DNA from: an uncultured Gammaproteobacteria bacterium
GTDB lineage: Bacteria; Patescibacteriota; Microgenomatia; UBA8517
Length of the DNA stretch: 64,000 nucleotides
Direction of reading: 5' to 3'
NCBI GenBank assembly: GCA_965231135.1
Contig: OZ246419.1
Location: forward strand, 449,488 to 513,487
Shown: positions 29,245 to 39,800 of the stretch, piece after piece
Position numbering within the stretch: the first letter of the stretch is position 1
Layout: each line of letters begins with the position of its first letter
Made by a program: the position numbers and the translations under genes
The notes under the pieces: model-generated
Database searches by the model: none
Told to the model about the DNA's origin: nothing
The model's input: the letters and a program-made list of their open reading frames with translations, nothing else

Positions 29245-30636
29245 ATGTCAATTGTTTTGGTTGTTGTAGTTACTTTTATAGCAACAACTTTATTTGAAGC
29301 TATAGTTTTTTACATTCAACATAAACGTTATACTGCAAGTTATAATAAAGAGAAAAAATCTTTTGAAGTAGCTCGAAAAATAGACAATTTGCTTTTACAA
29401 AAGACAGATTCGACATCTACTATTCAAAGATTGGCAGATTTTTTGCCAAATGAACTAGACTTTGCTACTGGTGTTATTGCTCTTTATGATGAACCAAAAG
29501 GAGTTATAAGAAGAGTTGCAGCTTCAAATACAACTGAGGCAGCCGAGGCAATAAAAGCTCTTAGTATTCCTTTTGCTCAAATTGCAATTCCGGTTGGTGA
29601 TGAAAATAATTTGATGGCTAAAGCGCTTCGCGAAAGGAAAGAATTTTTTACAACAAATGTTGATGATGTTTTTATTCCAGTTTTGTCAAGTGATGAGTCT
29701 GAAAAAATTCAGCAAATAATGTCTACACAGCTTACTATTGTTTATCCAATTTTTATTTCTGATAAGCCGCTAGGAGTTTTTATCGCCAGTTCTAAGAAAA
29801 GATACTTATCAGAATACGAGAAAGATATTATTGGGGTTTTTGTTGATGGTGCAGGGATTGCTTTACAAAATTCTCAATTATTTACTTCTCTTGAAACAAC
29901 AACCAATGATTTGAAAATTGCAAATGAGCGTTTACAAAAAGTTGACGAGATGAAAGATGAATTTATATCAATTGCGAGCCACGATTTGAGGACCCCACTT
30001 ACTGTTGTTAAGGATTATCTTTACTTAGTTGCTAAGGAATTAAACAACCACGACACTGTTGATGTTGTAGTACAAAATATAAATACTGCGCAGAAGGCGA
30101 CTGAACATGCAATAAATTTGGTAAATGATATGCTTGACGTGTCAAGAATAGAAGCGGGAAGAATAATGCTTAATATAACTAGTTTTAATTTATTTGATTT
30201 AATGGCAGAAATAGTTAATGAATTAAAAATTACAGGACAACCTAAAAAAATAACTTTAGATTTTCAAGCTGATTCTGTTTTGGCAATTAAAGCGGATATT
30301 GATCGAACAAGACAAATTATAGTTAATCTTATTAGTAATTCGATTAAATATACGCCAACTGGTGGTTTGGTTAAAGTTTATGCAACAAAAGTTAATAATG
30401 AAATACATGTTTCAGTTTCTGACAACGGAATAGGTATTAAAGCAGAGGATTTGTCTAAATTATTCACAAAATTTGGGAGACTTGATAATAGTTTGACAGG
30501 TGTCGCTAAAGCTCCTGGGACGGGACTTGGGCTTTATATAACTCGCAAACTTGTTGAGCTTCAAGGAGGAAAAATTTGGGTGGAAAGCGAATATGGAAAA
30601 GGAAGTAAATTTATTTTTACACTACCATCTGCTTAA
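29245..30636 (+). CDS. GAF-domain sensor histidine kinase
   Basis: TM, GAF-like region, SHDLRTPL, NSIKY, DNGIGI, GTGLGL. Confidence 0.93.
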   Translation: MSIVLVVVVTFIATTLFEAIVFYIQHKRYTASYNKEKKSFEVARKIDNLLLQKTDSTSTIQRLADFLPNELDFATGVIALYDEPKGVIRRVAASNTTEAAEAIKALSIPFAQIAIPVGDENNLMAKALRERKEFFTTNVDDVFIPVLSSDESEKIQQIMSTQLTIVYPIFISDKPLGVFIASSKKRYLSEYEKDIIGVFVDGAGIALQNSQLFTSLETTTNDLKIANERLQKVDEMKDEFISIASHDLRTPLTVVKDYLYLVAKELNNHDTVDVVVQNINTAQKATEHAINLVNDMLDVSRIEAGRIMLNITSFNLFDLMAEIVNELKITGQPKKITLDFQADSVLAIKADIDRTRQIIVNLISNSIKYTPTGGLVKVYATKVNNEIHVSVSDNGIGIKAEDLSKLFTKFGRLDNSLTGVAKAPGTGLGLYITRKLVELQGGKIWVESEYGKGSKFIFTLPSA

Positions 30637-30985
30637 CTTTTTCAACTAATTGATCGGGATTTACACTTGTTTTTAGGATTACATATTTTGCACCAAGCTT
30701 ATCTGCCTCTTTGAAAATTGGCTCCTGGGAAAGATTTGTTAATAAAACTATTGGACCATTGGGATTTTTTGGACCTTGTTTGCTTAATTCCCGAAGAACT
30801 GTAATTGCGTCCATTTTCGGAAGCATGACATCAAGAAGAATTAAATTGTAACCGCCATTTCTGATTTTATTTAATCCCTGCTCGCCGTCTTCTGCTGTGT
30901 CAACCTGGAAGCTATTTTGCTGGAGAACGCTAGCGTAAAGATTTCTTACATCCGGCTCATCTTCGATGACTAATATTTTTGCCAT
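30617..30985 (-). CDS. Stand-alone response regulator receiver protein
   Basis: ILVIEDE, LLDVMLPKMD, LLTN, conserved Lys. Confidence 0.93.
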   Translation of the reverse strand: MAKILVIEDEPDVRNLYASVLQQNSFQVDTAEDGEQGLNKIRNGGYNLILLDVMLPKMDAITVLRELSKQGPKNPNGPIVLLTNLSQEPIFKEADKLGAKYVILKTSVNPDQLVEKVKQMVV

Positions 30986-31025
30986 GAACTCATATTACAC
31001 TATTTATGGGTTATTTCAAGGGATT

Positions 31026-31730
31026 TTAATAAGGGCAATTATAACCATCTTTATCTAACCAGACAGATGCGTAGTCTACATAAACTATATTATCAAAATC
31101 CGGTTTACTTATATTATCAATGTCTTGGTATATTATGTTTGTATTTTCTGCTCCAGTTGCTGAAGGGTCGAGATTTTGGTAAGTGGTTGTGTCAACTTCA
31201 AACGCAGAATTGAAATGATAAAGTCTAGCTCGCCAGTCAAAATCTGCAATTTCATCACTTTGAAGAACGGGGCCTTGTATTATTTTTGTGTCGATATCTT
31301 CAATCCAGGCTGCACTACCCAGATAAACATCGGGCCCGGCAATAACTCCAGTAAAAATATTCGGATCTTTTCCTATTCTTGCTGCTTCCAGACCTTTCAT
31401 GTAATTTGCATAGTCATTATCCATTCGAAGAGTTTTTCCTTTTAGGTTGTAACCTAAACTTAAATGAGTCATTTGATAAGAAGGAAGAGATTTTTCAAAA
31501 CAACCAAGAAAATCGTAATAACCTTTGTTTATTATTTCGTTTGAAATTTTAAAAATATGATCGCAGGTGGGAACATTAACATAACCATTTTTAAAACATG
31601 TGTCTGTATCTTGAGCATTTGTAACCTGAGGAGCAAATGCAAGTGAAAAAGACAAAATAACTATCGGCACAGCTTCTCGTAATTTTTTCACAGGCAATAT
31701 ATCTGACGATTTAATAAATCTTTCGGGCAT
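31026..31730 (-). CDS. Hypothetical exported protein (orphan)
   Basis: Hydrophobic signal-like segment at residues ~21-39; three early Cys. Confidence 0.7.
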   Translation of the reverse strand: MPERFIKSSDILPVKKLREAVPIVILSFSLAFAPQVTNAQDTDTCFKNGYVNVPTCDHIFKISNEIINKGYYDFLGCFEKSLPSYQMTHLSLGYNLKGKTLRMDNDYANYMKGLEAARIGKDPNIFTGVIAGPDVYLGSAAWIEDIDTKIIQGPVLQSDEIADFDWRARLYHFNSAFEVDTTTYQNLDPSATGAENTNIIYQDIDNISKPDFDNIVYVDYASVWLDKDGYNCPY

Positions 31731-31827
31731 AAAATAAATTTTGCTTAGAGCCTTATATGGATTCTGAAAAAAGAAGTTTCGTTACTTGATTTAACTTACG
31801 TTTTAACCAAAGCCATTATACAAACTG

Positions 31828-31844
31828 CAAATTTACACTGTCAA
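31828..31844 (-). repeat. 17-bp direct repeat copy 1 (TTGACAGTGTAAATTTG), at the -35 of the promoter for 31730
   Basis: TTGACA-18-TATAAT on the minus strand; identical to 32185-32201. Confidence 0.8.
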
Positions 31845-31846
31845 TA

Positions 31847-32167
31847 TTAAATATTTAATACATAACAGTGCTGTTGATTGGTGATGCTTAAGTTCTCCGG
31901 AAGTTTTTTTCTCAAACTGCTTATTCTCATTGAGAGCACAACTAATGGTCTTTTGGGATTAAACCGATCATCTTTTTCATATAAATCATCTAATAATATT
32001 CCGTAAGGAATTGTTTTATTTGGATTTTGCGCCAATCTTTCGAAAATAATATCTTCTTGCCACGTTAAATATATTCTTTGATTGTTTAATTTTATAAAGC
32101 CCAATATGGGTGTGTATTCACACTCTCCGAGATTAGTGTGTTTGAAAATAGACTGCTCAACTGACAT
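31847..32167 (-). CDS. Stand-alone OmpR/PhoB-type winged-helix domain protein
   Basis: IYLTWQE..IFERLAQNPNKTI....LLDDLY...ISSLRKKL. Confidence 0.75.
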   Translation of the reverse strand: MSVEQSIFKHTNLGECEYTPILGFIKLNNQRIYLTWQEDIIFERLAQNPNKTIPYGILLDDLYEKDDRFNPKRPLVVLSMRISSLRKKLPENLSITNQQHCYVLNI

Positions 32168-32184
32168 ATATGTATATTAATTTA

Positions 32185-32201
32185 CAAATTTACACTGTCA
32201 A
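32185..32201 (-). repeat. 17-bp direct repeat copy 2, at the -35 of the promoter for the wHTH gene
   Basis: TTGACA-16-TAATAT-6-ATG on the minus strand. Confidence 0.8.
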
Positions 32202-32223
32202 GCCAATAAGATATTATATAGGC

Positions 32224-32529
32224 ATGGCAAAACTTACTTTGGATGACACAAAAAAAGTTGCTAGCCTTGCTAGACTTCAGCTGACAGATAAAGAAATAGA
32301 AAAATTTACAAAACAACTTTCTAAAGTGCTTGACCATATTGATGAACTTAATCAGATTGATACAAAAAACGTAGAGCCAACTTCGCAAACAACCGGACTT
32401 GTAAATGTTTTAAGAAACGATGAAATTGATGAAACAAAAGTTTTAACTCAAGATGAGGCATTAAGCGGGACAGAGAATACGATAAATGGATTTTTTGTAG
32501 TGCCACAAATACTTAACAAGAATGTTTAA
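32224..32529 (+). CDS. gatC: Asp/Glu-tRNA amidotransferase subunit C
   Basis: VASLARL, DTKNVEPT, GFFVVPQIL. Confidence 0.93.
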   Translation: MAKLTLDDTKKVASLARLQLTDKEIEKFTKQLSKVLDHIDELNQIDTKNVEPTSQTTGLVNVLRNDEIDETKVLTQDEALSGTENTINGFFVVPQILNKNV

Positions 32530-33898
32530 ATCCATAAAAGAAACTCAGGAAAAATTATTAAAGAAAGAGTTTACTTGTGTCGAATTGGTCGATAAATATC
32601 TTGAAAATATAAATAAAAGAAACAAAGAATTGAATGCGGTTTTAACTATTTCAGAAGAATTAGCCTATAAACAGGCAAAGGAAGATGATAAATTAATTGA
32701 AGATCTTGGAGAAGAAGCGTTTAAGCAATTTCCTTTACTTGGAGTAACTGTAATTCATAAAGATCTTTTCTCCACAAAAAATATTAGAACGACTGCTGGA
32801 AGCAAAGTTTTGGAGAATTACATTCCAGCTTATAGTGCGACAGTTGTAACAAAAATGGAAAAAGCTGGAGCAATAATGCTTGGCAAAGCAAATCAGGATG
32901 CCTGGGCTCATGGATCAAGCGGCGAAAATTCTGATTTTGGTCCGGCAAAAAATCCACATAACAGCGATTATGTGCCAGGAGGATCTTCATCGGGAAGCGC
33001 TGCTGCGGTTGCTGCAGAATTTTGTCTTGTTGCAACTGGAACTGACACTGGAGGTTCAATAAGAAACCCTGCGAATTTTTGCGGTGTTGTTGGACTAAAA
33101 CCGACTTATGGAACTGTTTCAAGATATGGAGTGATTGCGATGGCAAGTTCTCTTGATTGTCCTGGGCCAATTGGAAACTGTGTGGAAGATGTACAAAAAG
33201 TTTATGAAATAATAAAGGGAGAAGACGGAATGGATGCGACTGTTAAAAATTTTGATTTAGGAAATCTTGAAAAGAAAAAAATCAAAATTGGAATTCCGAA
33301 AGAATATTTTATTGAAGGGCTTGATGAGGAGGTAAAGAAAAGTGTAATGGATGCTAAGAAAGTTTTTGAAGAAACGGGAATTGAATTTGTTGATATCAGT
33401 TTGCCTTATACAAAATATGGAATTTCTGCTTATTACATTATTCAGCCAGCAGAAGTTTCGTCAAATTTGGGAAGATATGATGGAATTCGATTTGGAAACG
33501 GCCGAGATGCTTTTGGAGATGAAGCAAAAAGGAGGATAATGCTTGGGACTTATGTTTTAAGCGCTGGATATTATGATGCGTATTATTTGAAAGCTCAGAG
33601 AGTGCGTACTAAAATAATTCAGGATTTTGACGAAGCTTTTAAGGAAGTTGATGCAATACTTGCTCCGGTTTCTCCAACGCCAGCTTTTAAACTTGGAGAA
33701 AAGGCGCACGATCCAATTAAAATGTATTTAGCTGATGTTTTTACTGTGACAGCAAATATTGCTGGGATTCCGGGAATTGCAATTCCTTACGGTAAAACAA
33801 AAAATAATTTACCTCTTGGTTTTCAACTTATTGGGCCAAGATTTGGAGAAGGAGAACTTTTTGAATTGGGAAGGAAATTTGAAAATGTTAAAAAGTAA
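32522..33898 (+). CDS. gatA: Asp/Glu-tRNA amidotransferase subunit A
   Basis: PGGSSSGSAAAVA, GTDTGGSIR, EAKRRIMLG. Confidence 0.96.
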   Translation: MFKSIKETQEKLLKKEFTCVELVDKYLENINKRNKELNAVLTISEELAYKQAKEDDKLIEDLGEEAFKQFPLLGVTVIHKDLFSTKNIRTTAGSKVLENYIPAYSATVVTKMEKAGAIMLGKANQDAWAHGSSGENSDFGPAKNPHNSDYVPGGSSSGSAAAVAAEFCLVATGTDTGGSIRNPANFCGVVGLKPTYGTVSRYGVIAMASSLDCPGPIGNCVEDVQKVYEIIKGEDGMDATVKNFDLGNLEKKKIKIGIPKEYFIEGLDEEVKKSVMDAKKVFEETGIEFVDISLPYTKYGISAYYIIQPAEVSSNLGRYDGIRFGNGRDAFGDEAKRRIMLGTYVLSAGYYDAYYLKAQRVRTKIIQDFDEAFKEVDAILAPVSPTPAFKLGEKAHDPIKMYLADVFTVTANIAGIPGIAIPYGKTKNNLPLGFQLIGPRFGEGELFELGRKFENVKK

Positions 33899-35114
33899 AT
33901 TATTTAAGAATTACAAATTTACTGCTCTTTGGATTTCCCAAATTCTTTCGCAGCTAACTATAAATATTTTGAGCTTTGTAATTCTAATTCATATTTTTCA
34001 GGAGACTGGATCTACAATTGCCACATCACTTCTTTGGATTGCTTATGCGCTTCCTGCAGTTTTATTTGGGCCTTTTGCGGCAGCATGGACTGACCTAATG
34101 GAGAAAAGAATTGTACTTATGATTTCTAATTTGCTGCAATCAATTGTTGTTTTTTTATTTGCGATTTTGCTTTATAAAAAATTAATTTATTTATCTTATA
34201 TCGTTGTTTTTCTTTATTCTCTTTTCAATCAATTTTATGTTCCAGCGGAAGCGGCGACACTGCCTGTTTTAGTTAAAGATGACGATTTGCCTCAGGCCAA
34301 TTCTTTCTTTTTTATAACTCAACAATCCTCTCTTGTTGTTGGATTTGGAGCTGCAGGATTACTTGATACAGTTTTTGGATTCCGTGCAACTTTGTTTTTA
34401 GTATCGCTATGTTTATTTATTGCCTTTGTTGCGGTTACTTTTTTACCGAAATTAAAACCATCAGCAAAGCTTCCAACAACTTTTGAAAAAGGAGTTAAGA
34501 AGTTTTTTGATCAAATTGTTGAAGGTTACGAATTTATAAGAAACACAAAATCAGTTTTCTTCCCGTTTTCACTTCTTCTTGGAGTGCAGGTTATTTTGAC
34601 AGTTATTGTTACAAACTTGCCCCGAATTGCAACGGATATTATGAAGGTATCTGTAAACACTTCAAGCCTCATTGTTATTGTCCCTGCTGGAATTGGAGCG
34701 ATCATCGCAACACTTTTGATTTCAAAGTTTTTCAAAAAACATATTAAGCGAAAAACCGTTATTTTGTCATCGCTTACTCTTTTTGCAATTTCAATCCTGG
34801 TTGTTGCAATATTTATTCCGTTTATCAGTTTGATGTGGGTGCGTATTGCAGTTGCTGCAATTTTCTTTGTGGTTGCGGGAATGGGAGCTGTCGGAACTTT
34901 AGTTCCATCTATTACTTATTTGCAAGAAGAAACACCAAAAGATTTATTGGGAAGAGTCTTTGGAAATTTCTGGTTTCTGACAACTCTTGCCACAGTTATT
35001 CCAGTTCTTTTTTCAGCTACAATTACTGATTTACTGGGAGTAAGAGTTTTAGTTATATTACTTGGACTTATTTGTATTGGAGTCGTTTATTTATTTAGAT
35101 ATGAAAAACTTTAA
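33885..35114 (+). CDS. MFS transporter
   Basis: About 12 TM; LWISQILS, YLQEETP...GRVFG. Confidence 0.88.
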   Translation: MLKSKLFKNYKFTALWISQILSQLTINILSFVILIHIFQETGSTIATSLLWIAYALPAVLFGPFAAAWTDLMEKRIVLMISNLLQSIVVFLFAILLYKKLIYLSYIVVFLYSLFNQFYVPAEAATLPVLVKDDDLPQANSFFFITQQSSLVVGFGAAGLLDTVFGFRATLFLVSLCLFIAFVAVTFLPKLKPSAKLPTTFEKGVKKFFDQIVEGYEFIRNTKSVFFPFSLLLGVQVILTVIVTNLPRIATDIMKVSVNTSSLIVIVPAGIGAIIATLLISKFFKKHIKRKTVILSSLTLFAISILVVAIFIPFISLMWVRIAVAAIFFVVAGMGAVGTLVPSITYLQEETPKDLLGRVFGNFWFLTTLATVIPVLFSATITDLLGVRVLVILLGLICIGVVYLFRYEKL

Positions 35115-36396
35115 AACTGTTATTGGACTTGAGGTCCATGTGGAGCTTGCGACAAAATCAAAGATGTTTTGCTCTTGCTCTGCAGATCATTTTGGAAAGG
35201 CGCCGAATACGCAAGTTTGCCCTGTTTGTTTGGGGCTTCCTGGAGCATTGCCATTTGCAAATGTGAACGCAATCCATTCTGTCGTTAAGTTTGGGTTAGC
35301 ATTAAATTGTAAAATAAATAATTTTTCAAAACTGGATCGCAAACATTATTTTTATCCTGATTTACCAAAGGCCTATCAGATTTCTCAATATGATTTACCT
35401 CTTGCCTATGAAGGAGAAGTAAATGGAATTAAAATTCGCAGGGTTCATATTGAAGAAGATACCGCAAAGCTTCAACATACTGATGGAAAAAGTTTGGTAG
35501 ATTTTAATCGCTCAAGTGTTCCCCTTATGGAAATGGTGACTGAACCAGATTTTGATTCTGTCGATAAAGTAGTTGAGTTTTTGAAGGAAATACAGCGAAT
35601 TGTTAGATATTTAGGCATATCTACTGCTGATATGGAAAAAGGGAGTATGAGACTTGAAGCGAATGTCTCTTTGAAAAAACCAGGGCAAATTGAATTGCCA
35701 AATTACAAAGTAGAGCTTAAAAATATAAATAGTTTTGGATTTCTGAAAAAAGCAGTCGAAGCAGAATTAAAAAGACAGCAGGAAATTTTGGAAAATGGCG
35801 AAACTCCAGGGCAGGAAACAAGAGGATTTGATGAAAGAACCGGGAAAACAGTTTTGCAGCGAAAGAAAGAAGAAGCAAATGACTATAGATATTTTCCAGA
35901 GCCGGATATTCCGCCAATCACTTTTACTAAAGATGTTATTGATGTCTTGGAACAACAAATACCTGAACTTCCAAATCAAAAAAGGAAAAGATATAAAGAA
36001 GAGTTTGGATTGAGTGAAACTTATATTGAAGTGCTAGTAGATGATCGCGATCGTGCTTTGTATTTTGAAAGAGCAATTAAAGAAAAATTAGATGGCATAA
36101 TGCCGAAAGACGTTGCAGGACTTATGGTAAATACAAATTTGGATAAAGAGTTTGAAGAACCGGCTCTGATGATGAAGAAAGTTTATGAATTATTGAAGAA
36201 AGATTATGCAAGTGACGAGGAAACTAAAAATGTAGTAGAAAATGTAATGAAAAATAATTCAAAAGCAGTGCAGGATTTCCAAAGCGGAAACGGAAATGTT
36301 ATTGGATTTTTGATTGGACAAGTGCAGAAAGAATTGAAAGGAAAAGGAGAACCAAAATTAGTACAACAGCTTCTAAGAGACTTATTGACTAAATAA
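35101..36396 (+). CDS. gatB: Asp/Glu-tRNA amidotransferase subunit B
   Basis: IGLEVHVEL, RKHYFYPDLPKAYQISQ, YRYFPEPD. Confidence 0.97.
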   Translation: MKNFKTVIGLEVHVELATKSKMFCSCSADHFGKAPNTQVCPVCLGLPGALPFANVNAIHSVVKFGLALNCKINNFSKLDRKHYFYPDLPKAYQISQYDLPLAYEGEVNGIKIRRVHIEEDTAKLQHTDGKSLVDFNRSSVPLMEMVTEPDFDSVDKVVEFLKEIQRIVRYLGISTADMEKGSMRLEANVSLKKPGQIELPNYKVELKNINSFGFLKKAVEAELKRQQEILENGETPGQETRGFDERTGKTVLQRKKEEANDYRYFPEPDIPPITFTKDVIDVLEQQIPELPNQKRKRYKEEFGLSETYIEVLVDDRDRALYFERAIKEKLDGIMPKDVAGLMVNTNLDKEFEEPALMMKKVYELLKKDYASDEETKNVVENVMKNNSKAVQDFQSGNGNVIGFLIGQVQKELKGKGEPKLVQQLLRDLLTK

Positions 36397-36418
36397 AAAG
36401 AATTGATATATTAGTTTT

Positions 36419-36820
36419 ATGGTAGAAGCATTACAAGTTACAGATGAGATTAAAAGAATACGGGGTCTTCATAATTATAATTTGGTTGATGAATTAAAAA
36501 AGGGAGAAAGTCCCGAAAAAGTGATGGATCATGTTGGTGAAATTCAAAGAAGATATCAATTGATGAAAGATATAAATGAAGATCTTGTAAAATTTGAAGT
36601 AAGTACAGATTTATCTGAAATTGGAAAAATTCAATTTAAAATTTTAGATATGTTAAAAAGAGAAACGGGAATTAGAGATGTTACAACAAATATGTTATCT
36701 GATGAGTTTAAAACCCCTGGGAGCTATAATTTTGTGACAGCATTTTGGGGATTAATTCGTGAAAATAAAATTAAACATGATAAGGATTATATTGTTCGAT
36801 TAATAGATGAAGTGTCGTGA
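36419..36820 (+). CDS. Hypothetical protein (orphan, 133 aa)
   Basis: TATATT at 36407-36412, six nt before ATG. Confidence 0.75.
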   Translation: MVEALQVTDEIKRIRGLHNYNLVDELKKGESPEKVMDHVGEIQRRYQLMKDINEDLVKFEVSTDLSEIGKIQFKILDMLKRETGIRDVTTNMLSDEFKTPGSYNFVTAFWGLIRENKIKHDKDYIVRLIDEVS

Positions 36821-36831
36821 TAAAATGATTC

Positions 36832-39800
36832 ATGGCCAATAAGTTTGTACATTTGCATCTTCATACTGAATATTCGCTTCTTGATGGATTAAGTAAAATT
36901 TCAAAATTACTTACTCGCGTCAAAGAAATGGAAATGGATACTGTAGCTATTACAGACCACGGGACAATGTACGGCGCAATTGAATTTTATAAAAAAGCAA
37001 AGGCGGAAAATGTCAAACCAATTATTGGAGTCGAAGCTTATACGGTTCTTCATGATCACAAGGAAAGGCCAGAAAAAGAAAGGTTTAATTACAATCATTT
37101 GCTTCTTCTTGCCAAAGACGAAGAGGGATATAAAAATTTGATGAAAATTACTTCAATTGCTCATCTGGAAGGCTATTATTACAGGCCAAGAATCCAGAGA
37201 GAACTTATTGAGAAATATTCTAAGGGAATTATTTGTACTTCAGCTTGCGTAAACGGAGAAATTGCAAGAGCTTTTATTGAAGAAGATCCAAAGCGAGCAA
37301 AGGAAACTGCGACCTGGTTTCAACAAGTGTTTGGTGATGACTATTATTTGGAAATTCAGCGACACGAATATGACAAACATGTTGAAACTGCGCCCGATGA
37401 AATGAAAGCAGAGCTTCGTGAGCAATCAAGAATTGAAAAACTGGTAAATGAAAATGTGGTGAAACTTTCTCGCGAAATGGGAATACCATTAATTGCTACA
37501 AATGATGCACATTATATAAATAAGGAAGATGCTAATGCTCAGGATGTTTTGGTTTGTGTAGCAACAGGAAAGAAAGTCACAGAGACAAAACGAATAAGAA
37601 TGGTTGACGCGCCAACTTATTATGCAAGGCCTTATGAGGAAATGGCTGCGCTTTTTCCAGATTACCCAGATGCACTTGAAAATACAGTCAAAATTGCAGA
37701 GAAATGTAATTTGGAAATTTCTACTTTTGGAAAATGGTTTTTCCCAAAATTTCCTCTTCCAAATGACGAAGATTCAGGTGAATATCTAAAAAGAATTGCA
37801 AATGAAAAATTAAAAGAAAAATTTGGGGAACCAACAAAAGAACTTCAGGAAAGATTAGATCACGAGCTTGGGATTATTAATACAAAAGGTTATGCACCTT
37901 ATTTTTTGATTGATATGGACCTTGCAGCGTGGACTCGTTCGCAAGGAATTATTACAAATACAAGAGGATCGGCAGCTGGAAGTTTGACTTCGTTTGTTTT
38001 AGGGATCACAACAGTAAACCCTGTGAAATATTATTTGCCTTTTGAAAGATTTTTAAATCCTTATAGACCTTCGCCGCCTGATATTGATTTTGATGTTGCA
38101 GACGATAAACGTGATCAAATTATTGGATATATTTCGCAGAAATATGGAGCTGATAAAGTTGCGCAGGTTTGTACTTTTGGAAGAATGCTTGCTCGGGCTG
38201 CAGTGCGCGATGTTGCAAGAGTTTTGGGCTATGAATACGCTGTGGGGGACCGTATTTCCAAAATGATTCCACCTCCAAAACAGGGATTTCCAATTAATAT
38301 AGATAAAGCATTAACAGTTAACCCTGAGCTTAAAAACCTTTATGATACTGATCCTGATGCGAAAAAAATTATAGATTTAGCCAAACAAGTTGAAGGAAGC
38401 GCTCGGCATGTATCAGTCCACGCAGCTGGAGTTGTTGTAGCTCCAACTACAATGACAGATTTTTCACCTGTTCAAAAAGAACGTGATGGAGACAAAATTA
38501 TAACTCAATATGAAATGCATGCGGCTGAAGATGTTGGGCTTATTAAGTTTGACATGCTTGGTATACGAAACTTATCAATTTTGGGGCTTGCTGTGAAAAT
38601 TGTTGAAGAAAGACATAAAACAAAAATTGATTTGCATGAAATCCCGATTGAAAACGATCCTCGAGCTAAAAAGACTTTTGATATGCTTGCTGAAGGGGGG
38701 ACAATGGGAGTTTTTCAGCTTGGAAGCGCTGGAATGACAAAATATATAAAAGAACTGAAACCGAATAAAGTTGAAGACCTTATGGCTATGATTGCGCTAT
38801 ATCGCCCTGGTCCAATCGCTGTTATTCCTGAATATATTGCCCGCAAAAATAATCCAAAACTTATTAGTTATTTGGATCCAAGAATGGAGAAATTTTTGGG
38901 GGCCTCTTATGGATTGATTGTCTATCAGGACGATCTTCTTTTTTGTGCACTTGATTTGGCCGGATATACATGGGAAGAAGCGGATAAATTTAGAAAAGCT
39001 GTCGGAAAGAAAATTCCAGAAGAAATGGCAGCACAAAAAGAAAAGCTTGTGAACGGAATTATTGCTCATGGGCAAACAAAAGAATTTGCGGAGCATTTAT
39101 GGCAACTTTTTGAACCCTTTCAGGCTTATGGATTTAATAAAGCACATGCTGCGTCATACGGAATGGTTGTTTACCAAACAGCCTACATGAAAGCAAATTA
39201 CCCGGTTGAATATATGACTGCGCTTCTGACCTGTGAATCAAACGATAAAGATAAAATAACTGAAGCAATTGGGGAATGCAGACGTATGGGGATAACTGTT
39301 TTGCCGCCTGATATTAATAAATCTGATGTTGGATTTACAATTGAAACAACAGCAGACGGAATTGATGCGATACGGTTTGGGCTTTCTGCAATTAAAAATG
39401 TGGGGCATGCAGCAGTTGAGGCAATTCTTGAAGCACGAAAGGAAGGAGATTTTGTGAATTTATATGATTTTCTTGAAAGAATTGACGGAAGACGGGTCAA
39501 TAAAAAAGTTTTGGAAAGCCTTGTTAAAGTTGGGGCAATGAGCATTTTTGGCAAAAGAAATGCAGTTTTCTCGTCTATTGATGAGATAAAAGCAAAGATA
39601 AAACCTAAAAAAGCTGCAGCACAGCAAGGTCTTTTTGGAGACGAGATGATAGAAAAAGCTGCGCCAACCAATATTCAGCTTGCTAATGTGGATGAATTTT
39701 CTGAAGATGAGATGCAAAGCTTTGAGAAACAACTCTTAGGATTTTCTCTTTCAGCCAAGCCTCTAAATGAAACTATCGGAGAGCTGATGAATTATTCAAC

